From: Pseudomonadota bacterium
GTDB taxonomy: Bacteria > Pseudomonadota > Gammaproteobacteria > Burkholderiales > JAJZQI01
Direction: 5' to 3'
Assembly (NCBI GenBank): GCA_021851875.1
Contig: JAJZQI010000005.1
Coordinates: forward strand, 69,813-133,812
DNA length: 64,000 nucleotides
This document shows, one piece after another, positions 10,809 through 24,085 of this stretch. The notes beneath the pieces are model-generated. The model saw only the letters and a program-made list of their open reading frames with translations. It was not told the origin of the DNA and made no database searches. The position numbers were made by a program, and so were the translations under genes. Position 1 is the first letter of the stretch. Each line of letters opens with the position of its first letter.

Positions 10809-11612
10809 ATGAATTTCGCGCTTTTTATGTTTTCAGCCCTGGTCGTGACCGGGGCAGTATGGCTGCTTGATAAAGTCTGGTTTGCCAAGGGAAGAATTGA
10901 AGGCGGCAAGGAGCCCTGGTGGATCGAGTACTCCAAAAGCTTTTTCCCCGTCATCCTCATCGTTTTCCTGCTACGTTCCTTCCTGGTCGAGCCGTTCAAA
11001 ATTCCGTCCGGCTCCATGATTCCGACTTTGCTGGTGGGGGACTTCATCCTGGTCAACAAGTTTGCCTATGGCATTCGCCTGCCCATCATCGACAAGAAGA
11101 TTATTCCGATCGGCGAACCGCAACGGGGTGATGTGTTGGTGTTCCACTATCCGCGTGATCCGTCGGTAGACTACATCAAGCGTGTGGTCGGCTTGCCGGG
11201 GGATACCATCACCTATCGCAACAAGCGCTTGACCATCAACGGTCAAGCGGTACCGCTGCAAGCCGATGGCAACTATCAATATGTGGAATCCGGTCTCAAT
11301 TATCTCAATGCCGACAAGTCTCTCGAAAAGCTCGGCCAGCACACCCACACCTTGCTGACAGTACGAGACGACCCGACCTATGAACCGATGCGTGTTGACG
11401 ACTATCCGGGGCGCGACAATTGCCGTTTCGACGACGACGGTTTCACCTGTAAAATCCCGGCCGGTCAATATTTCATGATGGGCGACAATCGCGACAGGAG
11501 TAATGACAGCCGCTATTGGGGCTTTGTGCAGGACAAGCTTATTGTCGGCAAGGCATTCCTGATCTGGTGGAATTTTGATAATCTCGGTCGTATCGGCAAG
11601 CGAATCGATTAA
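10809..11612 (+). CDS. lepB: Signal peptidase I
   Basis: IPSGSMIPTL, YIKRVVGLPGD, MGDNRDRSNDSRYWG. Confidence 0.98.
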   Translation: MNFALFMFSALVVTGAVWLLDKVWFAKGRIEGGKEPWWIEYSKSFFPVILIVFLLRSFLVEPFKIPSGSMIPTLLVGDFILVNKFAYGIRLPIIDKKIIPIGEPQRGDVLVFHYPRDPSVDYIKRVVGLPGDTITYRNKRLTINGQAVPLQADGNYQYVESGLNYLNADKSLEKLGQHTHTLLTVRDDPTYEPMRVDDYPGRDNCRFDDDGFTCKIPAGQYFMMGDNRDRSNDSRYWGFVQDKLIVGKAFLIWWNFDNLGRIGKRID

Positions 11613-11634
11613 CAATACCGACGGAGGAGAGCAA

Positions 11635-11994
11635 ATGAAATCCAAACAACAGGGCATGACGCTGATCAGTCTGGTCATCGGCGGTGGTTTGCTGGTTTTT
11701 GTCAGCATCATCGTTATGAAAATGGTGCCAAGCTACATTGAGTATTTTGATGTGAAAAAGGTACTCCAAGCCATGCGTCAGGACCCGGCCGTTTCATCCA
11801 TGCCGCCGGCTGAAATTCGTGCGGCTTTCGATAAACGCGCCGATATCGACAACATCAAGTCGGTGTCGGGCCGAGATTTGACTTTGAATAACGATTCGAT
11901 TTCAGCTGACTGGGAGGCCAAATCCTATTTGATGGGTAACGTCAGCGTTGTTATGGAGTTCCATGCCTCCACCAAAATCAGTTCGGGACAATAA
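11635..11994 (+). CDS. DUF4845 family protein
   Basis: Pilin-like QQGMTLI N-terminus, VPSYIEY; conserved position between lepB and rnc; GGAGGA RBS. Confidence 0.85.
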   Translation: MKSKQQGMTLISLVIGGGLLVFVSIIVMKMVPSYIEYFDVKKVLQAMRQDPAVSSMPPAEIRAAFDKRADIDNIKSVSGRDLTLNNDSISADWEAKSYLMGNVSVVMEFHASTKISSGQ

Positions 11995-11999
11995 ACTTA

Positions 12000-12695
12000 A
12001 TGCTGCATCCCCCTGGAGGTGCGCCGCTTGAACGGCTGCTGGAAAAACTGGGCTATCGCTTCAAGCGGCAGGAGTTGTTGCAGCAAGCTCTGACGCATCG
12101 CAGTTTCGGCACGCCACACAACGAGCGGCTCGAGTTTCTGGGGGACAGTGTGCTCAACTGCGTCATCGCCACAGAGCTGTATCGCCGTTTTCCCCGCCTG
12201 CCGGAGGGTGATCTCAGCCGCGCCAGAGCCCAATTGGTGAAGCAAGACACCTTGCATGAAGTGGCTCAGACATTGCGGCTTGGCGAATATATCCAGTTGG
12301 GCGAAGGCGAGTTGCGCAGCGGCGGACACAGACGCCCATCCATTCTGGCCGACGCAGTTGAAGCCATTATTGGCGCTATTTATCTCGACAAGGATTTTGT
12401 CGCTGCGGCAGATGTCGTCGTGCGTCTTTATCAAACCCTGCTGGACGCCATCGATCCGCGCACGCTGGGCAAGGATGCCAAGACTCGCCTGCAGGAATAC
12501 CTGCAGGCACACAAAAAACCGCTTCCCATTTATTCTGTTATCGAAGTCAGCGGCGAAGCTCATGCTCAGCAGTTTGTCGTTGATTGTTTACTCGAAGCGG
12601 ATGACCTGCGCGTTTCCGGCACTGGCAGCAGTCGCCGGCAAGCCGAGCAGGAAGCCGCCAAGATTGCCTTTGAGAAATTGACGCAACAGTCATGA
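12000..12695 (+). CDS. rnc: Ribonuclease III
   Basis: [18 protein letters not shown], ds[14 protein letters not shown]. Confidence 0.98.
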   Translation: MLHPPGGAPLERLLEKLGYRFKRQELLQQALTHRSFGTPHNERLEFLGDSVLNCVIATELYRRFPRLPEGDLSRARAQLVKQDTLHEVAQTLRLGEYIQLGEGELRSGGHRRPSILADAVEAIIGAIYLDKDFVAAADVVVRLYQTLLDAIDPRTLGKDAKTRLQEYLQAHKKPLPIYSVIEVSGEAHAQQFVVDCLLEADDLRVSGTGSSRRQAEQEAAKIAFEKLTQQS

Positions 12696-13585
12696 GTAAA
12701 TCCTTTCATACCGGTTTTGTCGCCATCGTCGGACGTCCGAACGTTGGCAAGTCCACCTTGCTGAATCATCTGATCGGCCAGAAGATCAGTATTACCTCGC
12801 GCAAAGCCCAGACCACCCGTCACAGGGTAACGGGTATTTTCACGGATGCCGAATCACAGTTCATTTTTGTCGACACCCCGGGGTTCCAGACCGAGTTCCG
12901 CTCCGTGCTGAACCGTGCCATGAATCGAGCCGTCACCAGTGCCCTGCAAAATGTGGATGTGGTGGTCTTTGTGATCGAAGCACAGCGTTTCGGACCGCGC
13001 GACCAGCAGGTCATGCAGTTGCTGCCGCAAAACCGCCCGGTGATTCTGGCTGTCAACAAAATGGACAAGGTGGAGGATAAAGCCAAATTGATGGCTTTCC
13101 TGGCCGACATGCAGGAACGTTTTCCGTTTGCCGCCATTGTGCCGGTCAGTGCCGAAAAAGCCAGAAATTTGGATCAATTAGTCACTGCCATTCGCCCGCA
13201 CTTGCCGGAAACGCCGGCGATTTATGGTGAAGATGACATTACCGACCGGAATGAACGTTTTCTGGCGGCCGAATTCATTCGCGAGAAGCTCTTTCGACAG
13301 CTGGGCGAAGAGGTTCCCTATACCACGGCGGTCGAAATCGAGAAATTCGAGCAGGAAGGCGCGCTGCGCCGTATCCATGCAGCCATCATCGTCGACAAGG
13401 CGGCACAAAAAGCCATCGTTATCGGCAAAAACGGTGAAAAAATCAAACGCATTGCTACAGATGCCCGCCTGGAAATGGAAAAGCTGTTCGACGGCAAGGT
13501 GTATCTGGAGCTGTGGGTCAAGGTCAAAAGCGGCTGGGCGGACGATGCCCGCGTGGTCAAATCGCTCGGGTACGATGAAAGTTGA
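12692..13585 (+). CDS. era: GTPase Era
   Basis: [24 protein letters not shown] domain. Confidence 0.98.
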   Translation: MSKSFHTGFVAIVGRPNVGKSTLLNHLIGQKISITSRKAQTTRHRVTGIFTDAESQFIFVDTPGFQTEFRSVLNRAMNRAVTSALQNVDVVVFVIEAQRFGPRDQQVMQLLPQNRPVILAVNKMDKVEDKAKLMAFLADMQERFPFAAIVPVSAEKARNLDQLVTAIRPHLPETPAIYGEDDITDRNERFLAAEFIREKLFRQLGEEVPYTTAVEIEKFEQEGALRRIHAAIIVDKAAQKAIVIGKNGEKIKRIATDARLEMEKLFDGKVYLELWVKVKSGWADDARVVKSLGYDES

Positions 13586-14316
13586 GCACCCGCAACAATC
13601 TGCGCGAAGCCGAACCCGCCTTCGTTCTGCATAGCTACCCCTATCGCGAAACCAGTCTCATTGTTGAAGTATTCAGCCTGAACCATGGTCGTGTCGCGCT
13701 GCTGGCCAAGGGGGCAAAACGGCCGCACTCGGCCGTGCGTGGGTTGCTGATGCCGTTCTTTCCGCTGGAGCTGTCCTGGTCGGGTAAAAATGAACTGAAA
13801 ACCCTGCACAAGGCCGAATGGCAGGGCGCCATGACGGGTCTCAAAGGAGAGGCCATGATGTGCGGCTTTTACCTCAATGAACTGCTTCTGCGGCTGCTGC
13901 CGCGCGAGGACGCCCACCCCGAGCTCTATACCCATTATCTGCAAGCCTTGGCCGAGCTGGCTCAAGGCAAACCCGTTGCACCGGTCCTCCGCCGTTTCGA
14001 GAAACGACTATTACAGCAGCTCGGTTACGCGCTGCTGCTGCAGCACGAAGCCGGCAGTCAGCACCCCATCCGGTCGGAGCAGGTGTACCAGTACGACGTA
14101 GAGCAGGGCGCCTTGCCGCCCGGAACTGTCGCGAGCAGCGGTCAAAAACGTGTAGAATTGCATGGCAAAACCCTGCTCGATCTCGGGCAGGAAGATTTCT
14201 CCGATAGCCGGACCCTGCAACAATGCAAAACGCTTATGCGCGCGGTGCTCGCTTTCCATCTGGGGGAGCAGCCGCTGCATACGCGTCAATTACTGGTGGA
14301 TCTGCAGCAATTATGA
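13582..14316 (+). CDS. recO: DNA repair protein RecO
   Basis: [31 protein letters not shown]. Confidence 0.96.
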   Translation: MSTRNNLREAEPAFVLHSYPYRETSLIVEVFSLNHGRVALLAKGAKRPHSAVRGLLMPFFPLELSWSGKNELKTLHKAEWQGAMTGLKGEAMMCGFYLNELLLRLLPREDAHPELYTHYLQALAELAQGKPVAPVLRRFEKRLLQQLGYALLLQHEAGSQHPIRSEQVYQYDVEQGALPPGTVASSGQKRVELHGKTLLDLGQEDFSDSRTLQQCKTLMRAVLAFHLGEQPLHTRQLLVDLQQL

Positions 14317-15038
14317 TTGAACTCGGCGTAAACATTGACCACGTGGCCACAGTGCGCCAGGCGCGTGGCACGCCTTATCCCAGCCCCGTCGAAGCCGCTC
14401 TGGTGGCGGAGAGTGCCGGCGCCGATGCGATTACCCTGCATTTACGCGAGGATCGCCGCCACATCCAGGATCGCGATGTGGAAATCCTGCGCGACTGCCT
14501 GAAAACCCGCATGAACCTGGAAATGGCCGTGACCGAAGAAATGCTCGGCATTGCCTGCCGGCTGAAACCGCACGACGTGTGCCTGGTACCCGAACGCCGC
14601 CAGGAACTGACCACCGAAGGCGGGCTGGATGTCGCCGGCCAGCTTGGCCGGGTAAAAGACGCCTGTGCCCGCCTGGCTGATGCGGGTGTGCGCGTTTCCC
14701 TGTTCATCGATGCCGATCCGGCCCAGCTGGATGCCGCAGCTGCCGCAGGCGCACCGGTGATCGAAATTCATACCGGTCATTATGCCGATCTGACCGACGC
14801 AAGCGCACGGGCAGCGGAGCTGCAGCGAATCATCCGCGCCGTTGACCATGGCACGGCGCTGGGGCTCAAAGTCAATGCCGGGCATGGCCTGCATTACCAC
14901 AACGTGCAGCCGATTGCCGCCATCCCGCAGATTGCCGAACTGAACATCGGTCACGCCATCGTGGCGCAAGCCATTTTTGTCGGCTGGAATGCCGCCGTGG
15001 CTGAAATGAAAACCCTGATGCTGGATGCCCGTCGTTGA
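14313..15038 (+). CDS. pdxJ: Pyridoxine 5'-phosphate synthase
   Basis: [32 protein letters not shown]. Confidence 0.98.
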   Translation: MIELGVNIDHVATVRQARGTPYPSPVEAALVAESAGADAITLHLREDRRHIQDRDVEILRDCLKTRMNLEMAVTEEMLGIACRLKPHDVCLVPERRQELTTEGGLDVAGQLGRVKDACARLADAGVRVSLFIDADPAQLDAAAAAGAPVIEIHTGHYADLTDASARAAELQRIIRAVDHGTALGLKVNAGHGLHYHNVQPIAAIPQIAELNIGHAIVAQAIFVGWNAAVAEMKTLMLDARR

Positions 15039-15421
15039 TTTTTGGTATTGGCACCGACATCGTTTCACATGCCCGTATTTGCACCCTATGGGAGAAATAC
15101 GGCGATCGTCTGGCCGAACGCATTCTGCATCCGCATGAATTGCCCGCCTACCAGGCATCCAAACAGCCGTCGCATCTTTTGGCCAAACGATTCGCCGCCA
15201 AGGAAGCGTTCGTCAAAGCCTGCGGCACCGGCATTCGTCCGCCAATGACACTGCGTGCCATTGGCGTCGACCATGACGCTCTCGGCAAACCCCTGTTTTT
15301 ACTGGATTTGGCTGCTCAGGAGTGGCTGGAACAGCAGGGGGCGGGCCGCATCCACCTCAGCATTACCGACGAGCGTGAGTTCGCCTGCGCTTTTGTCGTC
15401 ATCGAAGCGAAAGGAAACTAA
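15035..15421 (+). CDS. acpS: Holo-ACP synthase
   Basis: [27 protein letters not shown]. Confidence 0.96.
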   Translation: MIFGIGTDIVSHARICTLWEKYGDRLAERILHPHELPAYQASKQPSHLLAKRFAAKEAFVKACGTGIRPPMTLRAIGVDHDALGKPLFLLDLAAQEWLEQQGAGRIHLSITDEREFACAFVVIEAKGN

Positions 15422-15423
15422 CC

Positions 15424-16473
15424 ATGCTCGGGCCTGTCATGCTGGATATTGCCGGCTGCGAACTCACTGAGGAAGACCGTAACCGCCTGCAACATCCGCT
15501 GGTCGGTGGAGTCATTCTGTTTGCCCGCAATTATGCCTCTCCGGCACAGTTGCAAACCCTGACAGAAGAAATTCATGCATTGCGCAACCCGCCGCTGATC
15601 ATCGCCATTGACCAGGAAGGGGGCAGGGTGCAACGTTGCCGCGCAGGTTTTACTCGTCTGCCACCGATGCGCGCGTTGGGCGAATTGTGGGATACGCACC
15701 CGCACAAGGCCAAGCAGCTGGCTGAATTGCTCGGTTTCGTGTTGGCCAGCGAATTGCGCGCCTGCGGCGTCGATTTCAGCTTTACCCCAGTGCTGGACCT
15801 GGACTTCGGCAGCAGCACCGTCATCGGTGACCGGGCCTTCCATTCCGACCCGCAAGCGGTGGCCGACCTGGCCCACCAGCTCATTCTGGGTCTCAAGCGC
15901 GGCGGCATGGCCAATGTGGGCAAGCATTTCCCCGGTCACGGCTATGTCGTGGCCGACTCGCACATCGACGTACCGGTCGATGAACGCAATTTTGCCGATA
16001 TCGAAATGCAGGATCTGCTGCCATTCCGGCAGTTGATCGACTACGGTTTGACGGCCATCATGCCGGCACATGTTATCTATCCGGCCGTCGATGACAAACC
16101 GGCTGGTTTTTCGCCACGCTGGATCGGGCAGATTCTGCGCCGGGACATGCAGTTTGATGGCGTGGTTTTCAGCGATGATCTGTCCATGGAAGGGGCGCGT
16201 GTCGCCGGCGGCATCGTCGACCGGGCTCTGGCAGCCTTGCATGCCGGCTGCGACATGGTGCTCGTGTGCAACAACCCGCAAGCGGCCGATGAACTGCTGC
16301 GCGGCTTGCAATGGGATATGCCGGCCGTCAGCCTGTCGCGTCTGATTCGCATGCACGGCATGGGACCGGTGTCCGGCATGGACAAGCTGCGCGAACAGCA
16401 CGACTACGCCGCAGCGCTGCACGCCATATCCGGTTTGGGCCTGCAATCGGGCGAACTGCCATTGAATGCCTGA
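15424..16473 (+). CDS. nagZ: Beta-N-acetylhexosaminidase
   Basis: [16 protein letters not shown]...[12 protein letters not shown]. Confidence 0.97.
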   Translation: MLGPVMLDIAGCELTEEDRNRLQHPLVGGVILFARNYASPAQLQTLTEEIHALRNPPLIIAIDQEGGRVQRCRAGFTRLPPMRALGELWDTHPHKAKQLAELLGFVLASELRACGVDFSFTPVLDLDFGSSTVIGDRAFHSDPQAVADLAHQLILGLKRGGMANVGKHFPGHGYVVADSHIDVPVDERNFADIEMQDLLPFRQLIDYGLTAIMPAHVIYPAVDDKPAGFSPRWIGQILRRDMQFDGVVFSDDLSMEGARVAGGIVDRALAALHAGCDMVLVCNNPQAADELLRGLQWDMPAVSLSRLIRMHGMGPVSGMDKLREQHDYAAALHAISGLGLQSGELPLNA

Positions 16474-16482
16474 GCGTGACTG

Positions 16483-17118
16483 ATGAACAAGCCATTTAAC
16501 TCTACCTGCAATGAGTGTCCGCGGCTGGCCGGTTTCCTGGCGGATGTAAAAACTCAGCGGCCGGATTATTTTTGTCAGCCTGTGCCGGCGTTTGGCGATG
16601 CCGACCCGCAGTTGCTGATCGTCGGCCTGGCGCCCGGTATGCACGGTGCAAACAGGACCGGACGGCCTTTTACCGGCGATTACGCCGGCGTCCTGTTGTA
16701 TGAAACGCTGCACCGCTTCGGTCTGTCCAACCAATCGGTCTCCGAGCATGCCGCAGATCCGCTACGTTTGACCGGCTGCCGCATTACCAATGCGGTTAAA
16801 TGCCTGCCGCCGGAAAACAAACCGACACCGGCAGAAATACGTCAGTGCAATCCCTATCTGGCAACGGAAATGGCCGCTTTCGACAAGCTGAAAGCCGTCT
16901 TGGCCCTCGGTAGCGTGGCGCACCAATCGGTGCTGCGCGCCCTCGGGCTCAAGCTGAAGGATTATGCATTTGGCCATGCTGCCGTACATGACCTGCCTAA
17001 CGGTTTGCGGCTGTATGACAGCTATCATTGCAGCCGCTACAATACCCAGACAAAGCGTTTGACAGAACCCATGTTCCACTCCGTCTTTGAACAGATAATC
17101 AATGACATGAAAGGATAA
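16483..17118 (+). CDS. Uracil-DNA glycosylase (family 5-like, Fe-S)
   Basis: CNECPRL, GLAPGMHGANRTGRPFTGD, KCLPPENKP, YHCSRYN. Confidence 0.92.
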   Translation: MNKPFNSTCNECPRLAGFLADVKTQRPDYFCQPVPAFGDADPQLLIVGLAPGMHGANRTGRPFTGDYAGVLLYETLHRFGLSNQSVSEHAADPLRLTGCRITNAVKCLPPENKPTPAEIRQCNPYLATEMAAFDKLKAVLALGSVAHQSVLRALGLKLKDYAFGHAAVHDLPNGLRLYDSYHCSRYNTQTKRLTEPMFHSVFEQIINDMKG

Positions 17119-17122
17119 TTTC

Positions 17123-17311
17123 ATGCCTTACGTCAATATTCGAATTGCCGGCAGCCTGAGCCGGGAACAAAAAAAGCAGATTGCCGCCGAGATCACTGAC
17201 ACCCTCGAACGCATCGCCAATAAACCCAAGTCGTACACCTATATCGCTTTTGACGAACTGCCCGACGAGAACTGGGCAATTGGCGGCGAACTGCTGGATG
17301 AAATGGAGTAA
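17123..17311 (+). CDS. 4-oxalocrotonate tautomerase family protein
   Basis: Catalytic N-terminal Pro (MPYVNI), SREQKK, NWAIGG. Confidence 0.9.
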   Translation: MPYVNIRIAGSLSREQKKQIAAEITDTLERIANKPKSYTYIAFDELPDENWAIGGELLDEME

Positions 17312-17319
17312 GTCGATCG

Positions 17320-19125
17320 GTGTTTGACGGTACAGAGCTGCTCAAATCCCTGCCCAATCTGCCCGGCGTATACCGCATGCTCGGTGCGGACGACGGCGTG
17401 CTGTATGTCGGTAAAGCCAAGAACCTGAAAAAAAGGGTTTCTTCCTACTTTCAGAAAAGCGATCATTCGCCGCGCATCCAGTTGATGCTCAAGCAGGTGG
17501 AAAAGGTCGAAACCACGGTGACCCGCTCCGAAGCGGAAGCGCTGCTGCTGGAAAACAACCTCATCAAGGGGCTGAAACCGCGCTACAACATTCTCTTCCG
17601 GGATGATAAATCCTACCCTTACGTCATGCTGAGCGGGCATGCCTTTCCGCGCCTGGCTTATTTTCGCGGCACGCCCGACAAAAAGAACCAGTATTTCGGC
17701 CCGTTTCCCAACGCCTGGGCCGTGCGGCAAAGCATGCAATTGCTGCAGAAAATTTTCCGCCTGCGCACCTGTGAAGACAGCGTGTTCAACAATCGTTCAC
17801 GCCCGTGTCTGCTGCATCAGATCAAGCGCTGCAGCGGGCCGTGCGTCAACCTGGTTTCAGCCGAGGAGTATGCCAGGGACGTGCACAATGCCGTGTTGTT
17901 TCTCAACGGCCAGGAAAACGAGGTGCTCGACCAACTGACAACCAAAATGCAAGCTGCGGCGGAAACCATGCAGTATGAAGCCGCGGCCGTCTATCGCGAC
18001 CAGATACAGCACTTGCGGCAGGTGCAGCACAAACAGTTCGTCGAGAGCCGCAATACCGCCCTGGAGGCCGATATCCTCGGTTATGTCAAAGAAAACGGCA
18101 TGGTGTGCGTCAATCTGGTCATGATCCGGGGTGGACGCCACCTGGGCGACAAGACTTTCTTTCCCGACAATGCCAGCGAAGAGGAGAGCGGCGATGTGCT
18201 GTCCGCCTTTATCAGCCAGCATTACCTGGGGCGCGCGGCGCCGGCCCTGATTATTGCCGGTGAATTGAAAGACAGCGAAGTGCTGGAAGAGCTGCTCAGC
18301 GCCCACAGTCCCTATCAGGTAAAAATCATCACCCGCACGCAAGGCGAGCGCCGCGTCTGGCTGGAAATGGCGGAACAGAATGCCCGCCTGGCGATTCAGC
18401 AAAAAAATGCCGAACGGGGTACACAGGAAAAACGCCTGCAATCCCTGCGCGATGCATTGGCGTTGCCAGACGAAGCCCAGCGCATCGAATGTTTCGATAT
18501 CAGCCATACGCAAGGGGAAGCCACCGTCGCTTCCTGTGTGGTATACGATCACGGCGCCATGCAGCCGAGCGAATACCGGCGTTATAACATCAGCGACATC
18601 ACACCCGGTGACGATTACGCCGCCATGAAAGACGTGTTATACCGGCGCTACCAGAAAATTGTGGCCGGCGAGGGCAAACTGCCCGATCTGATCCTGATCG
18701 ACGGCGGCAAAGGGCAGGTGAACGCCGCTTATGCTATTCTTTCCGAGTTGGGACTCGGCACCCAATCAATGGTGGGGGTCGCCAAAGGGGTAGAGCGCAA
18801 GGCCGGCCTGGAAGAACTGGTCTATCCGGAAGGCAGGGGAGAACCGATCAAATTGGGCGGAGAGCATCCGGCACTGCACTTGATCCAGCAGATTCGGGAT
18901 GAGGCACACCGTTTTGCCATTACCGGCCACCGGGCGAAGCGGGCGAAAAAACGGCTGACGTCGAGCCTGGAGGAAATCGAAGGCGTGGGCGCCAAACGCA
19001 GGCAAGCGCTGCTGGCGCGCTTTGGCGGCTTGCGCGGCGTACAGACTGCAAGTGTCGACGACATCAGCCAGGTTGAAGGCATCAGCCTGACGCTGGCAGA
19101 GAAAATCTATCAGGCACTGCATTAA
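17320..19125 (+). CDS. uvrC: Excinuclease ABC subunit C
   Basis: GIY-YIG ([14 protein letters not shown]), [22 protein letters not shown], HhH. Confidence 0.98.
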   Translation: MFDGTELLKSLPNLPGVYRMLGADDGVLYVGKAKNLKKRVSSYFQKSDHSPRIQLMLKQVEKVETTVTRSEAEALLLENNLIKGLKPRYNILFRDDKSYPYVMLSGHAFPRLAYFRGTPDKKNQYFGPFPNAWAVRQSMQLLQKIFRLRTCEDSVFNNRSRPCLLHQIKRCSGPCVNLVSAEEYARDVHNAVLFLNGQENEVLDQLTTKMQAAAETMQYEAAAVYRDQIQHLRQVQHKQFVESRNTALEADILGYVKENGMVCVNLVMIRGGRHLGDKTFFPDNASEEESGDVLSAFISQHYLGRAAPALIIAGELKDSEVLEELLSAHSPYQVKIITRTQGERRVWLEMAEQNARLAIQQKNAERGTQEKRLQSLRDALALPDEAQRIECFDISHTQGEATVASCVVYDHGAMQPSEYRRYNISDITPGDDYAAMKDVLYRRYQKIVAGEGKLPDLILIDGGKGQVNAAYAILSELGLGTQSMVGVAKGVERKAGLEELVYPEGRGEPIKLGGEHPALHLIQQIRDEAHRFAITGHRAKRAKKRLTSSLEEIEGVGAKRRQALLARFGGLRGVQTASVDDISQVEGISLTLAEKIYQALH

Positions 19126-19184
19126 TCAGGCAAAACAATCTATATACTTGCAACAATCAAGCAGCTCGGCACATTACTCTGGCT

Positions 19185-19751
19185 ATGACCTATAACCTGC
19201 CCAACATTCTTACCTGGATGCGGATCGTCCTGATACCGCTGTTTATCGTGCTGTATTATCTGCCGCACGGCTGGATTTCTTCGCAGGACGTCAATTTCTG
19301 GGCCACGGCGATTTTTGCCGTTGCCGCCATCACAGATTGGCTGGATGGCTATCTGGCGCGCGCGCTGAACCAGACCTCCGCCTTTGGTGCTTTCCTTGAT
19401 CCTGTCGCCGACAAACTGATGGTCACCGCCGCGCTGGTTGTGCTGGTTGAATTGGGCAGAGTGGCTGCGCCCATTGCGCTGATTATTATCGGCCGAGAAA
19501 TCACCATTTCAGCCTTGCGCGAGTGGATGGCAAAAATAGGGCACAGCAAAAGCGTGGCCGTATCGTTTGTTGGCAAAGTCAAAACCACGGCGCAGATGAT
19601 GGCCATTCTCCTGCTGCTGTATCAGGCACCCGTGCTGGGCATTCCGGTCGCACAGGCCGGACTGGTGCTGATGTATGTCGCCGCCTTCCTTACGCTCTGG
19701 TCGATGGGCTACTATATGCGTGCTGCCGCTGCCGCCATCCGCCAGGAATAA
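19185..19751 (+). CDS. pgsA: CDP-diacylglycerol--glycerol-3-phosphate 3-phosphatidyltransferase
   Basis: NLPNILT, TDWLDGYLAR, GAFLDPVADK; follows uvrC. Confidence 0.97.
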   Translation: MTYNLPNILTWMRIVLIPLFIVLYYLPHGWISSQDVNFWATAIFAVAAITDWLDGYLARALNQTSAFGAFLDPVADKLMVTAALVVLVELGRVAAPIALIIIGREITISALREWMAKIGHSKSVAVSFVGKVKTTAQMMAILLLLYQAPVLGIPVAQAGLVLMYVAAFLTLWSMGYYMRAAAAAIRQE

Positions 19752-19752
19752 G

Positions 19753-19807
19753 CGGCAATAATTGCCGTGTACCGGGCAGATCCATTATGTGGCGGCAATT
19801 TCTGCCA
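19753..19807 (+). promoter_or_regulatory. Paired palindromic sites, candidate enhancer (UAS) for a sigma-54 activator
   Basis: Perfect CGGCAAT-A-ATTGCCG at 19753-19767 and imperfect CGGCAATTTCTGCCA at 19793-19807, 40 bp apart. Confidence 0.45.
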
Positions 19808-19858
19808 GCCAATTGCTCGCATAACCTCCGTCCACGCTTGTTTTCAGCCATTTTGACA

Positions 19859-19874
19859 TGGTATGCCGATTGCT
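19859..19874 (+). promoter_or_regulatory. Putative sigma-54 (-24/-12) promoter
   Basis: TGGTAT-GCCGA-TTGCT with exact GG-N10-GC spacing, about 80 nt before the ATG at 19954. Confidence 0.65.
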
Positions 19875-19953
19875 TATCCGCACGATGTTGTTGTCTTCTC
19901 GGGTGCATGTTGGAGCCCGGGAGCCCGGTCAACATTCTTCATAGGAGACAAAC

Positions 19954-20409
19954 ATGTCAGTCGTATCAGGCGTACATCATGGCAACATGTACGAAACACT
20001 CGGGGGAGTTGCGAAGCAGGCTCGCACCAATGCGCAGAGCTTCCGCCAGGAAATGCAGGACCTGAGCAGCGCGCTGCAATCCGGCGATCTGGCTTTGGCT
20101 CAAACCGCATATTCGGCCTTGCAGGCGAGTCTGGATCAATTCAAGTCGTCACCGATTTATCAAAAACTGGAAAGCAGCGGCAAGACATCCGGTGTGCTTT
20201 CAAGTGACTTTTCCGCTATCGGTACTGCACTGACTGCCGGCGACATCACCGGCGCCCAGTCCGCTGCACAGCAAATGCAGACAGACATGCAGGCACAGGC
20301 CCAACAGGCGCAAAAGAAATTGCACATGGCTTACATGTCTTACATGCTGAATGGTAGCCAGCAGGATACGTCTGCCAGCACCAGTCAGCCGGTTAGCATT
20401 TCGGTCTAG
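19954..20409 (+). CDS. Hypothetical Q/A/S-rich helical protein with an internal repeat
   Basis: AGGAG RBS and its own terminator; repeat LSSALQSGDLALAQTA / IGTALTAGDITGAQSA. Confidence 0.85.
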   Translation: MSVVSGVHHGNMYETLGGVAKQARTNAQSFRQEMQDLSSALQSGDLALAQTAYSALQASLDQFKSSPIYQKLESSGKTSGVLSSDFSAIGTALTAGDITGAQSAAQQMQTDMQAQAQQAQKKLHMAYMSYMLNGSQQDTSASTSQPVSISV

Positions 20410-20417
20410 GGTAAAAA

Positions 20418-20445
20418 GAGGCCCATCTGCATGCATGGGCCTTTT
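20418..20445. terminator. Intrinsic terminator, possibly bidirectional
   Basis: AGGCCCAT...ATGGGCCT stem with an A-tract before and a T-tract after. Confidence 0.7.
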
Positions 20446-20634
20446 GGATATTTCAGCAATTTAACATAATGCACATTATACGAATCTAATAGAGTCTCAT
20501 ATTGAGACTTTCGGGCATAGTGTTACTATGCCTATGCCCTCCGGCGGACCGGCCGGAGAAAATATGCAATCGACCGAGCTATTGTAAATTTGTAAACTAC
20601 GGCCGAAAAAGCAAGGAAGTTGATCGGAAAAAAT

Positions 20635-20660
20635 AAAAAAGCCCGCCGATTGGCGGGCTT
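20635..20660 (-). terminator. Terminator downstream of tRNA-Val
   Basis: AAGCCCGCC-GATT-GGCGGGCTT stem next to an A-run (T-tract on the minus strand). Confidence 0.8.
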
Positions 20661-20698
20661 CTGGGCACTTTTTTGGGTGCTTTGACGTGTGCTTGATC

Positions 20699-20774
20699 TG
20701 GTGGGTGATGACGGGATCGAACCGCCGACATTCTGCTTGTAAGGCAGACGCTCTACCATCTGAGCTAATCACCC
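20699..20774 (-). tRNA. tRNA-Val(TAC)
   Basis: GGGTGATTAGCTCAG...CCTTACAAGC...GGTTCGATCCC...CACCA, 76 nt. Confidence 0.97.
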
Positions 20775-20876
20775 GAAGCCAGCAATTTAACCATAGAAGG
20801 CGCAGCATGTCAAGCTTTGCTGCTGACTGACTCATGCTATATTGTTATACAATTACCTAAAATTGGAGAGCATTGA

Positions 20877-21167
20877 GTGACAGAGCATCAGGATCGCCAA
20901 TTCTGGATAAATTTGGCCATCAGCCTGCTTGGCCGCGACGTCATGCTGCAAGGCAAGCCCTATCGTGTTCTCGAACTGCTCGACCACGATCCGGTGAGCC
21001 TGGTGCTTGAATGTTGCGTGAAAGCGGCCGGCCGCATTCAGAGCGATCAATACGGCCGGGCCCGCCGGTCAGCCGCCCACATCGCCACTTTGCAGCTGTT
21101 TGAGGCCGACGGGCAGTCCCCCAGCGCCGAATGGCTGGCCATTGCAAGGCAGGTGCTGGAAGACTAG
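20877..21167 (+). CDS. Hypothetical protein
   Basis: GGAG RBS and GTG start; fills the gap between the tRNA promoter and the galU end. Confidence 0.7.
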   Translation: MTEHQDRQFWINLAISLLGRDVMLQGKPYRVLELLDHDPVSLVLECCVKAAGRIQSDQYGRARRSAAHIATLQLFEADGQSPSAEWLAIARQVLED

Positions 21168-21177
21168 CAGAACGCCA

Positions 21178-22044
21178 TTAACAGCGACTGGCCAGATAAT
21201 CGCGGAAGGCGGCGCCCACTTCAGGATGTTTTTCCGCCAGTTCGATGGTGGCCTTCAGGTAGCCCAACTTACTGCCGCAGTCGTAGCGGATGCCGTCAAA
21301 TTCATAGGCCAGAACCTGCTGCTCGTGCATCAACCGGGCAATACCATCGGTCAACTGAATTTCACCGCCGGCACCGGCGCCAATTTTCTCCAGATGATCA
21401 AAAATACGCGGGGTCAGAATATAGCGACCGACCACCCCGAGCGTCGAAGGGGCTTCCTCCGGTTTGGGCTTTTCCACGATCGCATGAGCCCGCGAAATCC
21501 GCTCAGCCATGTGTTGAGCGCTGACGATGCCGTATTGCGAAGTGTGCTCCCGCTCAACGTTTTGCACCCCCAGAATCGAGCAGCCGTAATACTCGTAGGC
21601 GGCCGTCATTTGTTTGAGAATGGGGGGCTCGCCGGTAATCAGATCATCGGCCAGCAGGACTGCGAACGGTTCACCGCCGATGACCGGTTTGGCGCACAAA
21701 ACCGCATGCCCCAAGCCGAGAGCCTGCGGCTGGCGAATGTAGATGCAGGACACGTTGGGAGGAATGATTTCCCGCACCACTTCAAGCATTTTGGTTTTTG
21801 CCTTGGATTCCAGCTCGCGTTCCAGTTCGTACGCCGTGTCAAAATGATCTTCAATGGCGCGTTTATGGCGGCCGGTGATGAAAATCAGTTCGGTAATGCC
21901 GGCTTCGACAGCCTCTTCCACGGCATATTGAATCAGCGGTTTGTCCACCACGGTCAGCATTTCTTTCGGACTGGCTTTGGTGGCCGGCAAAAAACGCGTG
22001 CCCATGCCGGCGACGGGAAAGACCGCTTTAGTAATTTTCTTCAT
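21178..22044 (-). CDS. galU: UTP--glucose-1-phosphate uridylyltransferase
   Basis: [43 protein letters not shown]. Confidence 0.98.
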   Translation of the reverse strand: MKKITKAVFPVAGMGTRFLPATKASPKEMLTVVDKPLIQYAVEEAVEAGITELIFITGRHKRAIEDHFDTAYELERELESKAKTKMLEVVREIIPPNVSCIYIRQPQALGLGHAVLCAKPVIGGEPFAVLLADDLITGEPPILKQMTAAYEYYGCSILGVQNVEREHTSQYGIVSAQHMAERISRAHAIVEKPKPEEAPSTLGVVGRYILTPRIFDHLEKIGAGAGGEIQLTDGIARLMHEQQVLAYEFDGIRYDCGSKLGYLKATIELAEKHPEVGAAFRDYLASRC

Positions 22045-22045
22045 G

Positions 22046-24085
<2,040 letters not shown>

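Noticed and set aside
19752-20698. Integrated element at pgsA or tRNA-Val
   Set aside because: No integrase and no duplicated tRNA 3' end found; the tRNA cluster often found after pgsA is simply absent
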